Part shown: in pieces, positions 1 to 7,967 of the stretch
Layout of the letters: every line of letters starts with the position of its first letter
How positions within the stretch are numbered: position 1 is the first letter of the stretch
IMG/VR virus record: IMGVR_UViG_3300025890_000013
Span: 1-22,922 of that record
DNA length: 22,922 nt
Source: a virus
Reading direction: 5' to 3' (one strand)
Position numbers and translations under genes: made by a program
Notes under the pieces: model-generated
Database searches by the model: none
What the model was told of the DNA's origin: nothing
Seen by the model: only the letters and a program-made list of their open reading frames with translations

Positions 1-99
1 CGTTATGCTTTCGAGTATCTCAAAGGTTGAATAGTATTGATTAACTCCGTTGCTGTCTGGGTTGCCTAGCGATGGATTATAAATTCGCGTATCAATCAA
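1..99. repeat. Terminal direct repeat, copy 1. It is identical to 22824..22922 and is read as a circular-assembly overlap.
   Basis: Base-by-base comparison shows that 1..99 equals 22824..22922. The repeat lies inside a coding sequence, and joining the ends keeps the reading frame open. Confidence 0.9.
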
Positions 100-660
100 T
101 TGGTTGCTTCCCGTGTAATCCACCGCGTCAAAGTCATTGACGTAATACAAAAAGTTGTCCGTACTCCAAAGGTGTGTCGCCCGTGTGCGGTTCAAACATT
201 GCAGCAGCAGCGTCGGCACATCTACCAAGCCCGTCGAATCGTGCTTAACATATTGCAAATTACCAAGGTCGTCGGCTGCTGTTAGGGTGTTCTGGATCGG
301 CTGGTAATCGTATGGCCGTGTGACCTGCTCCGGATACAATACCCCAAACCAATACTTTGAATTCACCCCGTCCGGATCTTTGTACACGCTTACCGAAAAC
401 CGTAGTTCGGGCGTTGTGGTGAGCAGGTCCATAAAGGTTGTATGTATGCTGGTTTGTTCGGTAAGTGTGAACGTTAATTCACTACCGATAACGCCCTGCA
501 TCCGGTCTTCATTGTTGCCGGTGTATGTCAATACGAAGCCATCGGCACCGAGCTTAAACGTGCCCGCCGTGCCGGTAAAATCTGCATCGTGAATATTCAC
601 CCGATAGTCCGTGCCAAGGTCATCGGTAAATTCTGCGTATAGTCGTATTGGATCAGCCAT
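1..660 (-). CDS. Tail-tip protein (Dit/Tal-like by position), 5' portion. The gene wraps across the contig junction and continues as 22823..21165, for 772 aa in total.
   Basis: ATG at 660..658 overlaps the TMP stop (ATGA). Hand translation gives MADPIRLYAEFTDDLGTDYRVNIHDADFTGTAGTFKLGADGFVLTYTGNNEDRMQGVIGSELTFTL...DYTGSNQLIDTRIYNPSLGN, with no stop down to position 1. The codon at 99..97 is the TTG that the ORF track shows as the first residue of ORF 21165..22922. The gene is missing from the ORF track because it runs off the window edge. Confidence 0.8.
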   Translation of the reverse strand, partial: MADPIRLYAEFTDDLGTDYRVNIHDADFTGTAGTFKLGADGFVLTYTGNNEDRMQGVIGSELTFTLTEQTSIHTTFMDLLTTTPELRFSVSVYKDPDGVNSKYWFGVLYPEQVTRPYDYQPIQNTLTAADDLGNLQYVKHDSTGLVDVPTLLLQCLNRTRATHLWSTDNFLYYVNDFDAVDYTGSNQLIDTRIYNPSLGNPDSNGVNQYYSTFEILESIT

Positions 661-2696
661 CAGAATCCCCTTACTCGGTTTCGGTCGATTGCATTTCGCT
701 CACTGGTTAGAAGTATATCGCGGCCTGAAATCTTGCCGGTCACCTGTACGCTTTGCCCGCCCATCATGCTCTGCAATTTATCTAGCGGTGCAATCACTTC
801 AGGGTTATGCTGTGCGCCTGAGTACTCACCGACCTGCGCAATGACTGGCCCGCTTACGATGCCACCGCTGGCCATCTGTGGAATGCCAAAGCCGCCGCCT
901 ATAAACTTACCGAGTCCGCCCTTTACTAAACTACTGGCGGGCATAAGCACGGATAGAATGGCGAATTGAGCAATGAGCGAAGCCAGCTGTATTAACATCT
1001 GCTTTATCATATTTCGCATGACTTCCTCGAACGTTGCCGTGCCGTCAATGATGCTTCTGAATGTGCTGTCGATAAAGTTCGCCATGCTTTGCGCGATGCT
1101 GTTGATTTGGTTCTTTACAAGGTTCGTGCGCTCGATTACCTTATCAATATCCTCTTCGTCAAGATCTGCATCGTCTATAAATTCAATATCCTGAAATTCG
1201 AGATCAGCCTGCACGGTTACGGTTTCGGTTGGTGTTGGTGTTACCGTAGCACCTGCACCGCCGCCGTCTGATGCATTGAAATTTAGGTCAGGAATTAGAT
1301 TGCTAAAGAATCCTACAACTTTATCCTTTGTTTTATCAAGGTCTTCTGTAGTTACAAACTCAACAGGATCTTTTGTTTTAGCGTCCTCAATTGCCTCAAC
1401 AAAGCCATCATAAACATCCGCGCCCGCTTTCGCAGTGTCCTCTACAATTGTTTTGAAACCTTCTGTAAGTACGTCGCCCGCTGCCGCAAAGCCATCAGTA
1501 AAGGCGGTTTTTATAGCCTTAAACAACAAAGCAAATGCATCAACCACATTTAAGACCTGCCGTTTAACAATTGTAAACGCTGCAACAAATGCCTGTTTGA
1601 AAACTGCAACCGCAATCCGCAGTCCTTCGCTTTCGTTGTACATTGAGATTATAGCATTGATTGCATTGGCTAAAGGCTTCTTGACATCATCCCAAAAATA
1701 AAAGAACGCCGCAACCAATCCAGCAATAGCCAACACGACTAAACCAATTGGTGAAGTCATCGCGCCCCACATTTTCATTAATTGCTTTGGTAAGGTTTTA
1801 CCTACAAAACTGCCCAGCAGCATAAACCCCTTTAATAATGACGGCAGTATGATAAGCAACGGGCCAAGCGCCGCCGCAATACCTGCACCGATTACCATAA
1901 ATCTCTTAACCGCTGGGCTGAGGTTTTGGAATGTCGCCAGCATATTCTTTAGGCCATCAATGACCGGCGGCAGAAACTCCATTATAATCTTACCGAATTC
2001 CTCCTGCAAATCACCGAATGAATTGGCTAGCTGCTTCAGCCCACCCGTGCCGGCCTTCGCTGCGGCTTCTGCGGATCCTCCGTATTGCTTTTCCAGTTCG
2101 TCAAGTATAACGGTTTGAGCCTCGGCAAGCCTACCGGATTCCGTCAGGCTTTTAATTACTTGCTTTTGGTCTTCGCTGAACTGAATGCCCGACCGGCTTA
2201 AAGCGCTCAGGTTTGCAATCGGATCGTTCAACGCTTTACCCAATTGAATCGATGCGCTTTTTAGATCGCCATCTAATCGCGTGGCAAGATCCAAAGCAAC
2301 GGACTGCGTGCGGGCAAACTGATCGCCGGCAATGTTCGTAAACGTCAGCAGCTGCGAAGTTGCATCCTTTAATATTTCCTCATCCCCGAATATGGTTTTC
2401 GTTTGCAGGTCGCTGGCCATCTGCTGCAACTGCTTAGAAGTATATCCAACGGTTGAACCGGTGGACTTCAAACCCGCCTCGACCTGTGCAATTGCTTTGG
2501 CCTGCTGGTCGAATGCTTTTACTGCTGTAAAGCCAAGCGCCGCAATCGGTGCGGTCAGCCCCATGGTCATGGACTTGCCGAGCTTCTTGGTGTTCATACC
2601 AAAGCGCTGCATCTTTTTCATAGATGAGCCAAGCGCCTTATCAAATTGCTTTGTTTGCGCTCCTATCGTTACGATTAAATCGTTCAGCTTTGCCAT
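660..2696 (-). CDS. Tape measure protein (678 aa)
   Basis: It is among the longest ORFs and lies directly after the G/GT chaperone pair. It has an alpha-helical Ala/Gln/Lys-rich N-terminal half and central hydrophobic segments (LSPAVKRFMVIGAGIAAALGPLLIILPSLL; IGLVVLAIAGLVAAFFYF). The C-terminal GEYSGAQHNPEVIAPLDKL motif is typical of TMP C-termini. Confidence 0.85.
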   Translation of the reverse strand: MAKLNDLIVTIGAQTKQFDKALGSSMKKMQRFGMNTKKLGKSMTMGLTAPIAALGFTAVKAFDQQAKAIAQVEAGLKSTGSTVGYTSKQLQQMASDLQTKTIFGDEEILKDATSQLLTFTNIAGDQFARTQSVALDLATRLDGDLKSASIQLGKALNDPIANLSALSRSGIQFSEDQKQVIKSLTESGRLAEAQTVILDELEKQYGGSAEAAAKAGTGGLKQLANSFGDLQEEFGKIIMEFLPPVIDGLKNMLATFQNLSPAVKRFMVIGAGIAAALGPLLIILPSLLKGFMLLGSFVGKTLPKQLMKMWGAMTSPIGLVVLAIAGLVAAFFYFWDDVKKPLANAINAIISMYNESEGLRIAVAVFKQAFVAAFTIVKRQVLNVVDAFALLFKAIKTAFTDGFAAAGDVLTEGFKTIVEDTAKAGADVYDGFVEAIEDAKTKDPVEFVTTEDLDKTKDKVVGFFSNLIPDLNFNASDGGGAGATVTPTPTETVTVQADLEFQDIEFIDDADLDEEDIDKVIERTNLVKNQINSIAQSMANFIDSTFRSIIDGTATFEEVMRNMIKQMLIQLASLIAQFAILSVLMPASSLVKGGLGKFIGGGFGIPQMASGGIVSGPVIAQVGEYSGAQHNPEVIAPLDKLQSMMGGQSVQVTGKISGRDILLTSERNAIDRNRVRGF

Positions 2697-3306
2697 TGGT
2701 CTCTTTCTAGTATTCGCTGCCTAAGTTCTTCCTTGTTAAACTTACCGGCCTTGGCCTTTGGTTTCTCCCATGGAAATAGCATCAGGTCCTTTGGCTGCAA
2801 TTTACGCCCTTTTTTTAGGTGGGGCTGCATGATCATAGAACCGAGCCACCGCGTGCGCTCCCACTCCATCCGCTCCCGTATCTCTTCGCTCTCTCGGTTG
2901 GCGTCAAGTGCTAGGCTGACTTCGCCGAATGTCATTGACCAAAACGCAGAAGGGGATAGGCGCAGTATGCCCATCCCCATCCGTATAATATCCGGCCAGC
3001 CAATCGGCTTGTCTGTGCCGTCTATGCTTTTTTTTCGCTGCTATATTCGCCGAGTGCGTCAAAGCATTGGGTGACGTGTTCCAGCGTTATGTGATCTTCG
3101 AACGTCATCAAATCCATATCGAAGTCCTGACCTTCAAAGCTGCATCCACATTCAACGCCGACGAAGCAAAGGTAGGCGCAGGCGTCTGCGCTCAGCTTTG
3201 ACGGATCGGATAGGCTGAACACATTGACCTTGGTCTTACGTTCAAACTTCTTCAGCGCCTTCATGCTGTACCGCACTGGGTACTCCGTGCCGTTTACTTC
3301 AATCAT
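2684..3306 (-). CDS. Tail assembly chaperone G-T fusion made by a programmed -1 frameshift (about 207 aa)
   Basis: The -1 frame is open from the slippery site (SIDGTDKPIGWPDIIR) into the 98-aa ORF 2684..2980 (MGMGILRLSPSAFWSMTFGEVSLAL...). The LxLxPxxFWxMTxxE motif resembles the chaperone-T segments of GTA/HK97-like tail clusters (rcc01693-like, from memory). Confidence 0.6.
3022..3306 (-). CDS. Tail assembly chaperone, gpG-like (94 aa)
   Basis: Small acidic ORF between the major tail protein and the TMP. Its ATG overlaps the MTP stop (ATGA at 3303..3306). It ends two codons after an A8 slippery run. Confidence 0.7.
   Translation of the reverse strand: MIEVNGTEYPVRYSMKALKKFERKTKVNVFSLSDPSKLSADACAYLCFVGVECGCSFEGQDFDMDLMTFEDHITLEHVTQCFDALGEYSSEKKA
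3028..3035 (-). promoter_or_regulatory. -1 programmed ribosomal frameshift slippery site, A AAA AAA (G)
   Basis: The minus strand reads gaA AAA AAA gca TAG. This is an X XXY YYZ heptamer in the zero frame of the gpG-like ORF, 2 codons before its stop. A -1 slip reads through into the downstream ORF. Confidence 0.6.
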
Positions 3307-3716
3307 TCAGCTGTCTGTGTAATTGCACCGGTCAATTCGAAAGTAGCTGAATAGGTTGCTGTGTCTTCTGTGCCACCTGACTGCTCAAGGCTAGTAATAA
3401 AACCGCTGGCGCTATAATTGAAATCTTCTCCAACGACTGGAGTAGCTTTCGCAAACTTTAAAGCCAAAGCCGTGCGATTGTCCAAGGCTGTAAACAGATC
3501 GGAAACGTCTTTGTTTGCACTGTCGTTGTAATCAATCAAACCGCTGACGCTGATTGATCCAGACTTTACACCACCGAGCAGTTCACGAAATCCCGCGCTG
3601 TCCTTTGTAGTGATGTCAATCGTTTCCATGTTTAAGGAAATCGAGCAATCTGTGGCCGCTGCGATCAGCGTGCTATCAATGTAAACTCCTAGTTCTGTAC
3701 CGTTAAAAATGGCCAT
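3303..3716 (-). CDS. Major tail (tube) protein (137 aa)
   Basis: Position is immediately upstream of the G/GT chaperones. The sequence MAIFNGTELGVYIDSTLIAAATDCSISLNMETIDITTKDSAGFRELLGGVKSGSISVSGL resembles small TP901-1/phi13-type major tail proteins. Confidence 0.75.
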   Translation of the reverse strand: MAIFNGTELGVYIDSTLIAAATDCSISLNMETIDITTKDSAGFRELLGGVKSGSISVSGLIDYNDSANKDVSDLFTALDNRTALALKFAKATPVVGEDFNYSASGFITSLEQSGGTEDTATYSATFELTGAITQTAE

Positions 3717-3717
3717 T

Positions 3718-3885
3718 TTATTCTTCTATTAAATCGTTATTATCTGAGTCCGTTTTTTTCTTTGGGGCGTCGAGGTATCCTTTTGCTTTTAGTTCTGCGG
3801 CAAAGTCAGAAGTAACTGACGGCGTTGCGCCTTTCTTCCAGTTGTTACCGCGTAGCTTGCACGCCTTTTGAATTGTGACCTTCAT
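3718..3885 (-). CDS. Hypothetical small Lys-rich protein (55 aa, below the ORF-track cut-off)
   Basis: Hand translation gives MKVTIQKACKLRGNNWKKGATPSVTSDFAAELKAKGYLDAPKKKTDSDNNDLIEE. It fills the only gap between 3895 and the MTP start, and its stop TAA lies 1 nt before the MTP ATG. Confidence 0.45.
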   Translation of the reverse strand: MKVTIQKACKLRGNNWKKGATPSVTSDFAAELKAKGYLDAPKKKTDSDNNDLIEE

Positions 3886-3894
3886 GGCTGCAAG

Positions 3895-4299
3895 TTAATC
3901 AATTTCAGGTTGATCTGGAAACCAACCATTTTCCTCCATGTATTCCTGTGTTCGGATCGTTGTATCGCTCGGCACGATATGGCCGAACGGGAACTTCTGA
4001 TTCACTTGCACGTAACTGCTAAGGCTGTACCGCTCATCGTTCGAAAGCTCAGGGAAGCAAGCAACGAGGCGTTCGAGCGTTGCCGCTGGGTGTACGTTTA
4101 TAAGATACTCGGTATCCACTTGCAACGCGTTCTGTACTCCGTCAGGGTGTACCACGATACCGAACACGGCAGAATCTACTTCCCACTCTGCTTGGATGAG
4201 AACGGGGCGAGAGATGTTGTACAGCTCGCGGGTGATTTGCTTTGCCCGTGCTTCGCTTGTCTGCGTGGGCGTAGGTAGTACTATGATATATCCGTTCAT
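3895..4299 (-). CDS. Hypothetical protein (134 aa). Its position suggests a possible fibre assembly or accessory factor.
   Basis: Its ATG overlaps the stop of the 938-aa fibre gene (TAATG). I recognised no motif. Confidence 0.6.
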   Translation of the reverse strand: MNGYIIVLPTPTQTSEARAKQITRELYNISRPVLIQAEWEVDSAVFGIVVHPDGVQNALQVDTEYLINVHPAATLERLVACFPELSNDERYSLSSYVQVNQKFPFGHIVPSDTTIRTQEYMEENGWFPDQPEID

Positions 4300-7115
4300 T
4301 AGAAGATGTCGTAAAACGTGTTGATGTTGGATTCGATGTTCGTGCGGTTGCTAGATTGGTCGGAGGTGTAGATAATGATTTCTTGCGTGTCCATCATGGC
4401 ATAATTAAACGACCCATCTTGAAAACCGAGGCAAAAACCAGTCGTTCCAAACGAAAAATCTGCATCAATAAAATATAAATTCTGTCCGTTTATATCAGTC
4501 CATAAATCTGTTCGAGTTGTGGGGTATGACCAACTTGAACCATTTTTATGAGCTGAATTTATTGTTACGTTGTCTAGAATTGGGTAGTTCGGTGAGCTTT
4601 GTGCGGAAGCAAAAAAGTTGTCGGTATTTCTGTTGCCTATCCAAGTCGTCGCGTTTGTAGCAAATGAATTTATTGGGCGTGTATGATTCATAATGACAGT
4701 TCGGTCTCCGCCCGTAGTTATGTCGTATGCGCTACGCATTGACGCGTTCGTTGTTACTTTTCTTAATACTGGCTTTCCATTCTCTGTTTCAACACCGTCT
4801 GTACCGTCATATATCTTTGGCATTTGCCCCGTAGTAGTTTGTGTCAAATCGTTCGAGCCTGCTTGGTCATACCACTTCGACACGAACCCGTCGTTGCTTC
4901 CACAGTGAGCCGCCAGTGCAACCGTATCCAACTCACCGAATACATTGAACCCTATATCCGCGTAGCTGCTCCCGTTGTAAACCTCTACCGCGTCACCTGT
5001 GTATGCCGTGCGCATCAGTCGCAAAGAATAGCAAGCCGCCGCACCTGAATACGTGTCGAGCAGTGGCGTGTTTTGGGTGAAGTAGTCGCCTATGTTGGAT
5101 TCGATGGACGCTATTGGGTTAGTAGATGACGCTGGATAAAAAATTAATTCCTGCGAATTGTACATCCGATAAGTTGAATTCCCACCGTAAGAATTTTGAA
5201 CGGTTGAACCCTGAAAATTCAAATCTATATCAGCGTAAAAAAGACGCCTCATTGAGAAGTCGTCATATAAATTATTGCGAGTTCCAATAGTATACGAGTT
5301 TCCGTCTAATCGTGATGAAGACAACGTAAAACCTGCACCGCTACCGCTACTATTGTTACCATCTACCGCTATTAGGAAAAAATCGTTTGCATTTTCGCTT
5401 CCCAAAAAAACGTGGGGGGCGTGGGATTGCATAACGCTGAAAATCTTGTATGCGTCGGTCGATGTTATTGGTATGTCAAACGCCTCCTCTGTTGCATCTG
5501 CGGTAATCATTGCTTTACCGTTATCCTTCACAATCGCCCCACCCGTGTAAATCGTAGGTTCTTGTCCGCTTTGCGCCGTCGCTGTATTTCCGTTTCCTGA
5601 TTGGTCCAGCCACTGATACACCGTGCAAGTCGTGCCCGTGCAGAACGAAATAATATCAGCCTCCGATATGTTGCCTGAACCGTCAAAGCCGATTGTTGTG
5701 GTCGTGCTATCCGATGCCCTGCGAATCACCATGCAGTCCGTTACGTTGCCATTCAATCGACGGGTTGAATAAGCCGCCTCGGCTCCGCTGCCATACGTCT
5801 CGTTTAACAAGCCCGTGAACGCGGGTGCGGCTGTTACCTCCTCCCACGATTGCGCTAAGGTAAACGGCGGCACGCCATAGGTTGCGCCGTCTTCGAATGC
5901 GTCAAACACGGCAACCGTATCCGCGTATGCTGTATCGTCCGCGAAGGTGTGAATTAGTGTATAGTCGCCTATTACATCGTCGTCACTGATGAAGCCCGTT
6001 TTGTGGTAAATCTTTCTTTTGATAACCTTGCCGGCTGTTGGTGTATCGGGCGAAGCGTCTATAAAAATTCCGTCGCCTTCTGACTTGACACTATACCCGC
6101 GTTCAAAATAAACACTAGGCATTTGCAAACCCGTTTCAACCTCATCTTCGAATCGGTTCGTATAACTCACCAACGATTTGAATGCGCCGGCTGTGGCGTC
6201 GTATATAAGCGCCTGATTACCTGCCGGCGTGCCAACGATTGTAACGTCGCTCAAGTCGTTTAAATCCGTAGGTACGGCGCTTGTATCGGCCTTGGCGTTT
6301 AGCGCTGTTTGCGTGGCTGTACTTACCGGCTTATCCGCGTCGCTGGTATTGTCGACGTTGCTAAAATCTGCGCTGTTTGCCTTGGCGCTTAGTGCCGTTT
6401 GCGTGGCCGTGCTTACCGGCTTCGCTGCGTCGCTGGTGTTGTCTACATTGCCTAACCCCACTTCGCTTTTAACGATGCTGTCGTTTGTCCATTCGCTGCC
6501 GTCGTACTTTAGAAGCTCGCCCGTTTCCGGTCCGCCCTGTCCAAATTGTACATCTGTCAATTGCCCCAACTCCGTCACGCCGCCCGCGTCGTCTGCCGGT
6601 TGCCATTCCTGTACCGATGCATCGTAGGCAAGTACCTGCCCATCTGTTACGCCTGATACGTCAACGTCGTACAGGTCGCCAATCTTTGCACCCGTTACCG
6701 GTGTACCCTGCGCTATTGTAAAATCATCGCGCTTTATTCGAAATGTAAACGTTAGCACTTGAGCAAAGCGGCGTGGCGCGTCAATGGTGTCTATGTCTAC
6801 GTCATTGAATTGTACGCTCTCCACGTTCACGCCGTTGTATGTGCCGCTAACACGATCCAATGCACCGCGTACTTTGTCGCCTAGATCAGCAGCCAGCGCA
6901 TAGGTATCCGCATAGCAAAGGAATTCAAAGCGTACTTCGTCCAGCTTACTTGGCCCGTCGTGCGTGTCTTCCGGCGCTACGCTTTGCAACTGATAAACGA
7001 TGAACGGCGTGGCCGTTTCCTGCTCTGCTACCTCTGGAAATACTTTGACCCCAACAATGTCGGTGACGTCTGTGTTTTGCGTCAGTATTACGTACGCGGC
7101 TATTCCTGCATTCAT
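4299..7115 (-). CDS. Fusion of a tail-terminator-like (DUF3168-like) N-terminal domain to a fibre (938 aa)
   Basis: It occupies the slot after the gp10-like gene and before the MTP, where tail terminators sit. Residues 1-130 (MNAGIAAYVILTQNTDVTDIVGVKVFPEVAEQETATPFIVYQLQS...VRFEFLCYADTY) look DUF3168-like. Residues 147-312 carry three LxDVxxxxGQxLxYDxxxxxW motifs and two NVDNTSDAxKPVSTATQTALxAKA tail-fibre repeats. Residues 436-684 and 685-938 are two paralogous modules of about 250 aa. Confidence 0.7.
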   Translation of the reverse strand: MNAGIAAYVILTQNTDVTDIVGVKVFPEVAEQETATPFIVYQLQSVAPEDTHDGPSKLDEVRFEFLCYADTYALAADLGDKVRGALDRVSGTYNGVNVESVQFNDVDIDTIDAPRRFAQVLTFTFRIKRDDFTIAQGTPVTGAKIGDLYDVDVSGVTDGQVLAYDASVQEWQPADDAGGVTELGQLTDVQFGQGGPETGELLKYDGSEWTNDSIVKSEVGLGNVDNTSDAAKPVSTATQTALSAKANSADFSNVDNTSDADKPVSTATQTALNAKADTSAVPTDLNDLSDVTIVGTPAGNQALIYDATAGAFKSLVSYTNRFEDEVETGLQMPSVYFERGYSVKSEGDGIFIDASPDTPTAGKVIKRKIYHKTGFISDDDVIGDYTLIHTFADDTAYADTVAVFDAFEDGATYGVPPFTLAQSWEEVTAAPAFTGLLNETYGSGAEAAYSTRRLNGNVTDCMVIRRASDSTTTTIGFDGSGNISEADIISFCTGTTCTVYQWLDQSGNGNTATAQSGQEPTIYTGGAIVKDNGKAMITADATEEAFDIPITSTDAYKIFSVMQSHAPHVFLGSENANDFFLIAVDGNNSSGSGAGFTLSSSRLDGNSYTIGTRNNLYDDFSMRRLFYADIDLNFQGSTVQNSYGGNSTYRMYNSQELIFYPASSTNPIASIESNIGDYFTQNTPLLDTYSGAAACYSLRLMRTAYTGDAVEVYNGSSYADIGFNVFGELDTVALAAHCGSNDGFVSKWYDQAGSNDLTQTTTGQMPKIYDGTDGVETENGKPVLRKVTTNASMRSAYDITTGGDRTVIMNHTRPINSFATNATTWIGNRNTDNFFASAQSSPNYPILDNVTINSAHKNGSSWSYPTTRTDLWTDINGQNLYFIDADFSFGTTGFCLGFQDGSFNYAMMDTQEIIIYTSDQSSNRTNIESNINTFYDIF
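6289..6449. repeat. Two 71-nt direct repeats with 90-nt periodicity inside the fibre gene
   Basis: 6289..6359 (gccttggcgtttagcgctgtttgcgtggctgtacttaccggc...) and 6379..6449 (gccttggcgcttagtgccgtttgcgtggccgtgcttaccggc...) are about 85% identical. They encode the NVDNTSDAxKPVSTATQTAL repeat. Confidence 0.85.
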
Positions 7116-7636
7116 TTCTTTTTTCCTTTTGCTTTCGCTGCTTTGCGAATTTGAAACTCGTATTTTTTGCGCATCTTCGTGAGCGCCTCGCCCCGCTTGT
7201 TTGCAATCGACCGAGTAAATACGCCTTTGTTTCGGTTGTTGCCTTTTACATACTGGTCATCACCTTCCACGATGTTAGCAAACCATCCATCCCCGTCTTT
7301 TGGTGCGCGTTTACCAGCACGCGGCCCAACCCAGTAAGTGCTTTTCTGTTTATCAATGAGCCAAACCTTAATTGATCGGCGCAGCGTACCCGCCTTAATA
7401 TCAAAGCCACCTTTACCACCTCGACGGATCCGAATAGTTTCGCGCGCGTCGACAATGTTGTTCAGCATCTCATCCTTGTAAATCTTACCTACTGCGCGAT
7501 GAATCTGCTTTTGTATTTTTGGATTGCTAACCTGTTTGCGCATCTGCTCAAATTGTTTCATCAGCGGCTTTATGTCTGCGCCGATTCCTTCAAAGCCAAC
7601 CTTACCTCCTTTCTGCTCAAGTGATCCCTGTGCCAT
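7112..7636 (-). CDS. HK97 gp10-like neck/tail-component protein (174 aa)
   Basis: It lies between the head-closure gene and the terminator-like gene. It has a GTLRRSIKVW...VGP...WFANIVEGD pattern like the HK97-gp10 family and a basic C-terminus. ATGA coupling to the next gene at 7112..7115. Confidence 0.6.
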   Translation of the reverse strand: MAQGSLEQKGGKVGFEGIGADIKPLMKQFEQMRKQVSNPKIQKQIHRAVGKIYKDEMLNNIVDARETIRIRRGGKGGFDIKAGTLRRSIKVWLIDKQKSTYWVGPRAGKRAPKDGDGWFANIVEGDDQYVKGNNRNKGVFTRSIANKRGEALTKMRKKYEFQIRKAAKAKGKKK

Positions 7637-7967
7637 GTGTTCCCGTTATTTCGCAAAGTAGAATAAGCTGGTCATTGCGCCCAACTTCCTCAATGCCTTG
7701 GATGGTGTAAGTGTTGCTGTTGTAGATAACGCGGTCCGCTGGATTTATTGCCCGCGTGTCCGTGCTGCTGCGGATCTTAAACCGTAGCCGCTGCACCGGC
7801 ATATCCTGATCGCCGGTAAGCTTTTCGGCCATGCCTTCGCCGGCCTTCATCAGTTCAGCCCATACGGTCACCAACGTAGACCATGACGGCACGCGCTCAC
7901 CGTAGGCGTTGGTGCTGGTAGTGTAGTTCTGCACCTCGATTCGTCGGTCGCTTTGTCCTATCCTCAT
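7617..7967 (-). CDS. Head-closure / head-tail joining protein, SPP1 gp16-like (116 aa)
   Basis: I take the start at the ATG at 7967, which overlaps the upstream stop (ATGA). MRIGQSDRRIEVQNYTTSTNAYGERVPSWSTLVTVWAELM...RLRFKIRSS...RVIYNSNTYTIQGIEEV fits the Phage_H_T_join pattern. The longer track ORF (to 8084) overlaps the upstream gene. Confidence 0.7.
   Translation of the reverse strand: MRIGQSDRRIEVQNYTTSTNAYGERVPSWSTLVTVWAELMKAGEGMAEKLTGDQDMPVQRLRFKIRSSTDTRAINPADRVIYNSNTYTIQGIEEVGRNDQLILLCEITGTHGTGIT

Noticed and set aside
1-99. The 99-nt terminal direct repeat as a biological DTR, LTR or insertion-sequence end.
   Set aside because: It lies inside a coding sequence, and joining the ends keeps a 772-codon frame open. 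An exact length of 99 nt is typical of an assembler k-mer overlap on a circular contig.
4299-7115. A diversity-generating retroelement acting on the repeated fibre gene.
   Set aside because: No reverse transcriptase gene exists in the genome, and there is no template/variable repeat pair with adenine-specific differences.
6946-7206. The 86-aa Arg-rich minus-strand ORF, and the similar off-frame ORFs 7246..7455, 8218..8409, 9320..9583, 9877..10095, 12906..13193, 14033..14221, 14766..15041 and 19885..20082.
   Set aside because: These are alternative frames inside confidently assigned genes, with no independent support.
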